From NCBI GenBank assembly GCA_024654535.1, contig JANLHL010000038.1:315824-379823 (forward strand): a stretch of 64,000 nucleotides of DNA, read 5' to 3'. The notes below the pieces were generated by a model. It searched no databases. It saw nothing but the letters and a program-made list of their open reading frames with translations, and was not told the DNA's origin. The position numbers and the translations under genes were made by a program. The DNA comes from Candidatus Roizmanbacteria bacterium (GTDB lineage Bacteria; Patescibacteriota; Microgenomatia; UBA1406). Shown here piece after piece: positions 60,071-64,000 of the stretch. Numbering within the stretch: position 1 is the first letter of the stretch; the number at the start of each line of letters is the position of its first letter.

Positions 60071-61600
60071 TCAAGCGGGTTTTATCAGGGTTACTAACCC
60101 CTTTTTAGCATCGATTTCTACGATGTCTCCATCTTTAAGAAGTGCTGTGGCATTACCCGTTCCGACAATGCAGGGAACGCCAAACTCTCTAGCTATGATT
60201 GCTGCATGACAGGTTACCCCGCCTTCATCTGTTATGAATGCTGCTGATTTTTCCATAGCTACAATAAAATCTGGCGTTGTCATAGAAGCGACCAAAATAT
60301 CTCCTCTGTTCACTTTTTCAACCTCACGGTAGTCTGTTAATACCTTTACAACTCCTTGTGCAGTACCCAAAGAAGCTGGTGTTCCTTTTATTACTCTTTG
60401 TCGTTTTGCCGACTTGCCAACGACGGTGTTACCTTTATATTTATCTGCAACTGTATGTTGTAACAACTCAGCTTGCTCTCCGAATGTAGTCGTAACGTTA
60501 TCGTTGATTATAACTATTGCATACCCTTTCATTCTTTCGTTTATCAATATTTCTAAATCTTTTTGTTGGCGCTTGTCTAGTAATAAAGCGACGATTTCAT
60601 CAGATGACAGCATCGTAATTTCTTCCGGTGAAAATCGTAATCTTTGTGCAGCTTCTCGAAGCAGTATTGTCCGGGCATTAAATAATAATCGATCAGATGC
60701 TTCGGTAGTGTATGTCCGTAAGAAAATAAAACTTCGTAAGATATCTGCAATATTTTTAAGTTCCTGAGTGAATGTTTTACTGAGCTTTTTGTATTTCGCT
60801 TGATCGGTTTTTCTTATTGTGACAATTCTTGAAATTTCTTCATCTATATTTTTTGAAATAAGATTTTCTAGTCTCTCTAGATATTCTTCTCTTGTGAATG
60901 AAATATCTTCTATGAAGATTGGGCCCTTCATCCACGAATATTTAGACACATGGTTTGCTAGTTTCTTATATAGATCATTAGGAAGATTGTCTAGTGTATA
61001 ACCGCTCTTCTTTATAGACTGCGCAATATAGAGTAGCTCTAATGGTTCATCAGCATAGGCAAGTTCACCAAGTTTTGGATAGGTGGCTATTATTGAAAAA
61101 ATTTCATCTACTTTATGTTTCGCTACTCCCATCGACGTTTGAATAAGTTTTTTTATTTTTGTATCGAGATAGGCGTCTGGTCGAGAAGAAGCTGGTATAA
61201 AAGACATAGTATACTTTTCTTGAAAACTCAAAATTGCTTCAGCAAGTCTGCTGTCTGAAATAGTTCGAGTATCTACTTTTTTTAAATCATCAGCATAGTT
61301 GTTAACGTCCTTGGCAATCTTAAATATATTTTTCACAAAAGACTTTAAGAAATCGGGGTCTTTTTTGAGTATATTTTCGAACACACGGTTGTATTTCGAA
61401 GTTTCATAATCGGTATAGTACTCGTCACCATTTAATATTAAATAATTTTCTTGAGCAATATCGAGCCCGATGTATTTAATAAGAGTTTGAGGTTTGTTTG
61501 CAAGAATTTGAGTATTTTCTACAAACCAGTTAAATTTTCGGGTAACATAGAAATGCCATTCTTTTTCGCATATAATATTAATTAGCACATCGTTGCTCAT
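60071..61600 (-). CDS. PEP-utilizing-enzyme family protein (C-terminal phospho-His swivel domain)
   Basis: IKGTPASLG, GDILVASMTTP, TDEGGVTCHAAIIARE.GVPCIVG. Confidence 0.88.
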   Translation of the reverse strand: MSNDVLINIICEKEWHFYVTRKFNWFVENTQILANKPQTLIKYIGLDIAQENYLILNGDEYYTDYETSKYNRVFENILKKDPDFLKSFVKNIFKIAKDVNNYADDLKKVDTRTISDSRLAEAILSFQEKYTMSFIPASSRPDAYLDTKIKKLIQTSMGVAKHKVDEIFSIIATYPKLGELAYADEPLELLYIAQSIKKSGYTLDNLPNDLYKKLANHVSKYSWMKGPIFIEDISFTREEYLERLENLISKNIDEEISRIVTIRKTDQAKYKKLSKTFTQELKNIADILRSFIFLRTYTTEASDRLLFNARTILLREAAQRLRFSPEEITMLSSDEIVALLLDKRQQKDLEILINERMKGYAIVIINDNVTTTFGEQAELLQHTVADKYKGNTVVGKSAKRQRVIKGTPASLGTAQGVVKVLTDYREVEKVNRGDILVASMTTPDFIVAMEKSAAFITDEGGVTCHAAIIAREFGVPCIVGTGNATALLKDGDIVEIDAKKGLVTLIKPA

Positions 61601-61684
61601 TGTATGTAAGCTAGCATTAGCAAACTATTTTGTCAAACGCTGCGCGAATTCTGTTATTGAGACAAAATTTGGATACAATACTGT

Positions 61685-62842
61685 ATGCGAAAGCTTTTTT
61701 TACTACTTATCGGTATCGTCGTTGGTGTTGGTATCGGTTATGCATATTTTAATACTTCTTTATTCTCAAGCGTAGAACATAAGATTCACACAGTTGTACC
61801 CGTTGTTCCGGACAGAAAACAAGTTATAGGTTTTTTACCCTATTGGCTATTATCGAAAGCTGACAAAGAGTATTCCAACTATATCAACACTCTTGCATAT
61901 TTTGCTCTTACTATAAATCCAGACGGATCTATTCAGAAGTATACCAGTCCGCAAGAGTCTGAGCCCGGTTACTATGCACTACAGTCGGGTAAGGCGAGCC
62001 CTTTTTTTAAGGATGCACAGCGTAACAATATGAAGTTATCACTCGTCGTATTTGCGGGAAACGAAGAACACATCGGACAATTGGTGAGCAAACCCACGAC
62101 ACATGCGAGAAAATTGGTAGCAGAAGTCGTGCCCATAATGAAGAAGCATGGTTTCACCGATCTTAACATAGATGTGGAAAGTGTACGTGAGGCATCACAA
62201 TCTGCACAAAGTAACTTTACGCGTTTTGTAAGTGAAGTGAAAAAAGGTATAAAAAAAAGTGGCAATACAGTGTCTATAGATGCAAGCCCAACTGTTTTTA
62301 TAAAACCATACCTTGTCGATCCAAAAGCTGTTGGTGCAATCGTCGACTATTTTATTATCATGGGCTACGATTTTCATTTCGCAGGTTCGTATGTTACTGG
62401 TCCGGTTGCGCCACTCTTGGGTGCTGGCACTATTTCTGAGTTCGATATTGAGACGTCGGTATCTCTGGGAAAACAAATAATTCCGAAAGAAAAATTGATT
62501 CTTGCCCTCCCACTATATGGATACGAATGGGAAACGATAGATACGTTTAATAGAGCAGCTGTTATGCCGGGGAGTGGTATCGCGGCAAGTAATCGCAGAG
62601 TAGAGGAATTGTTGAAGACATGTGAGAACTGTGTAGTGAAACGAGAGGAAGAAGCACAAGAACCTTACGTAGTCTATCCAGATGAAGAAACAGGTACGTT
62701 TCATCAGATCTTCTACCCAGATAAGCAGTCAATGCTCAATAAAGTACAATTTACAGAAAAAAATGAGTTGGGCGGTATAGCATTATGGGCGCTTGGTTAT
62801 GAGGGTGATACGATTCTTGAACCCTTAAGAGGGTACCGGTAA
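61685..62842 (+). CDS. Membrane-anchored glycoside hydrolase family 18
   Basis: GFLPYW, LNIDVE, IMGYDFH, GPVAPL, LPLYGY, LGGIALWALGYE. Confidence 0.88.
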   Translation: MRKLFLLLIGIVVGVGIGYAYFNTSLFSSVEHKIHTVVPVVPDRKQVIGFLPYWLLSKADKEYSNYINTLAYFALTINPDGSIQKYTSPQESEPGYYALQSGKASPFFKDAQRNNMKLSLVVFAGNEEHIGQLVSKPTTHARKLVAEVVPIMKKHGFTDLNIDVESVREASQSAQSNFTRFVSEVKKGIKKSGNTVSIDASPTVFIKPYLVDPKAVGAIVDYFIIMGYDFHFAGSYVTGPVAPLLGAGTISEFDIETSVSLGKQIIPKEKLILALPLYGYEWETIDTFNRAAVMPGSGIAASNRRVEELLKTCENCVVKREEEAQEPYVVYPDEETGTFHQIFYPDKQSMLNKVQFTEKNELGGIALWALGYEGDTILEPLRGYR

Positions 62843-62853
62843 CTACTATATAA

Positions 62854-63513
62854 TTATTCGATCGTTGCGTTTCGTGCGTCGCTATCAAAAATCATTGTAT
62901 CCCCTTTGGAAAGCGTGTTCACTTGGCTCTCGAAACTATTGTTGTTGTAGGCTATTTTTACAGATCCACCATGAACGACAACACGGATGAGTGGATCACT
63001 ATCTTCTAGAGAAATAGTGACACTACCCGATACTAGACGAACTAATAAATTTCGTACTCGAACTGAAAGCGGAAATGTATCTGTATTTTGAGAATACGTG
63101 ACAGTTCCTTTATTTTGAGTTATAACAATACTTATCGGGAGCGTTTGGGTAAATGAAACATCAGTATCGTTATCAAGTAGAATTGTTGTATCAATTCCAT
63201 ACGTTATACGTACTGAGCCTTTTTCTGCTGATAGAACACGCTCACCTTGCATAACTGACTGTGCATTTTTAAGTTTTGCTGGTTCTGTTGCATCTCGTGT
63301 TTCAATTTGAATTTCTCCTATAAGACTGCTCATTGTACCCATTAGTGCCTCGCTCGGAGGGTTCTTGATTGAATACGATATGATTTCTGTCGGAATGCTT
63401 CTTGGCAATGTGGAGGGGGTTTTTATTGTTGATTGCACATATTGAATAGAGAACCAATATCCACTTATCCCAATCACAAGGGCGAGGAAGAATAGTAATA
63501 CATTTTTCATCAT
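62854..63513 (-). CDS. Membrane protein with FecR-like beta domain
   Basis: TM; GERV.S..KGSVRI...TILLDNDT; VVVHGGSVKI. Confidence 0.65.
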   Translation of the reverse strand: MMKNVLLFFLALVIGISGYWFSIQYVQSTIKTPSTLPRSIPTEIISYSIKNPPSEALMGTMSSLIGEIQIETRDATEPAKLKNAQSVMQGERVLSAEKGSVRITYGIDTTILLDNDTDVSFTQTLPISIVITQNKGTVTYSQNTDTFPLSVRVRNLLVRLVSGSVTISLEDSDPLIRVVVHGGSVKIAYNNNSFESQVNTLSKGDTMIFDSDARNATIE

Positions 63514-63525
63514 GTTACAATTATA
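63513..63525. promoter_or_regulatory. Overlapping bidirectional -10 elements
   Basis: TGT-TACAAT on + (63513-63521); TATAAT on - (63525-63520). Confidence 0.6.
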
Positions 63526-63530
63526 CCCTT

Positions 63531-63854
63531 ATGATAACGTTTGATGACTTTAAAAAATTAGATATCAGAATTGGCACTATTAAAAGTGCAGAGAAGGTTG
63601 AAAATGCAGATAAGCTGTTGAAACTGATATTCGATCTTGGTACCGAAGAGAGGCAAGTGATTTCGGGTATTGCAGAATTTTTTGCCGATCCTAAAACGCT
63701 CGTCGGTAAGCAGGTTGCAGTACTGGTAAATATAGAACCGCGAACTATTAGAGGAGAGGAAAGTTTTGGCATGATTTTGGCTATGGGAGAAAGCGATACC
63801 TTTTCACTTCTTGTTCCAGAAAAGCCCGTTGTTCCAGGTAGTGCTGTGAGATAA
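63531..63854 (+). CDS. tRNA-binding OB-fold protein (CsaA/Trbp111/MetRS beta-like)
   Basis: ITFDDFKKLDIRIG, ADKLLKL, RQVISG, N..PR..GEES.GMIL. Confidence 0.92.
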   Translation: MITFDDFKKLDIRIGTIKSAEKVENADKLLKLIFDLGTEERQVISGIAEFFADPKTLVGKQVAVLVNIEPRTIRGEESFGMILAMGESDTFSLLVPEKPVVPGSAVR

Positions 63855-63858
63855 CAAC

Positions 63859-64000
63859 TTATTCACTTACCCGAAACTGAATGGCTTCGTGCATATGGTT
63901 CTGTTGTATGACTTCTGAATTATCTAAATCTGCTATCGTTTGTGCCACTTTTATGAGTTTAAAGTAGGCGCGAGCCGAGAGTTTGAATACGTCAACAGCC
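63859..64000 (-). CDS. comM: ComM/YifB Mg-chelatase-like ATPase, C-terminal end
   Basis: Manual translation: ...[41 protein letters not shown]. Confidence 0.85.
   Translation of the reverse strand, partial: AVDVFKLSARAYFKLIKVAQTIADLDNSEVIQQNHMHEAIQFRVSE

Noticed and set aside
53920..61700. Prophage or integrative element with an att duplication of tRNA-Val
   Set aside because: No integrase or phage genes, and no second copy of the tRNA 3' end was found by eye.
1..64000. Alternative genetic code (TGA read as Gly or Trp)
   Set aside because: Conserved genes such as rpmA, secG and uvrA end at TGA at the expected length, and no core gene is interrupted.

Overview
AT-rich, gene-dense bacterial chromosome segment in genetic code 11. 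Gene content, short overlaps and mostly leaderless starts point to a Patescibacteria/CPR genome, probably Microgenomates (inference). The core holds lemA-htpX, a glycosyltransferase/O-antigen-ligase-like cluster, ileS, a reduced dcw cluster (yvcK-dgkA-mraY-ftsW-murG-ftsQ-ftsA-ftsZ), rplU-rpmA, topA, pilN/pilO with surface proteins, rpsT, murJ-AMP phosphorylase-mltG, hrcA-grpE-dnaK-dnaJ with a CIRCE operator, uvrB-uvrA-uvrC, secG, rsmI and five tRNAs. Two accessory zones abut tRNA 3' ends. The first (194-1848) is a GIY-YIG nuclease region flanked by two inverted copies of a GC-rich REP-like element. The second (about 53944-61600) starts with an orphan, altered MoaA-like radical SAM enzyme, followed by a NUDIX hydrolase, a nucleoside-kinase-like protein and a PEP-utilizer-type phosphotransferase without an ATP-grasp domain. 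Other notable items are an IleRS with GVHH instead of HIGH, a ParB lacking its CTPase domain, IPxTG-tailed surface proteins, heptamer repeat arrays around yqeY and a 17-bp bidirectional promoter. All calls come from motif recognition by eye; no searches were run.
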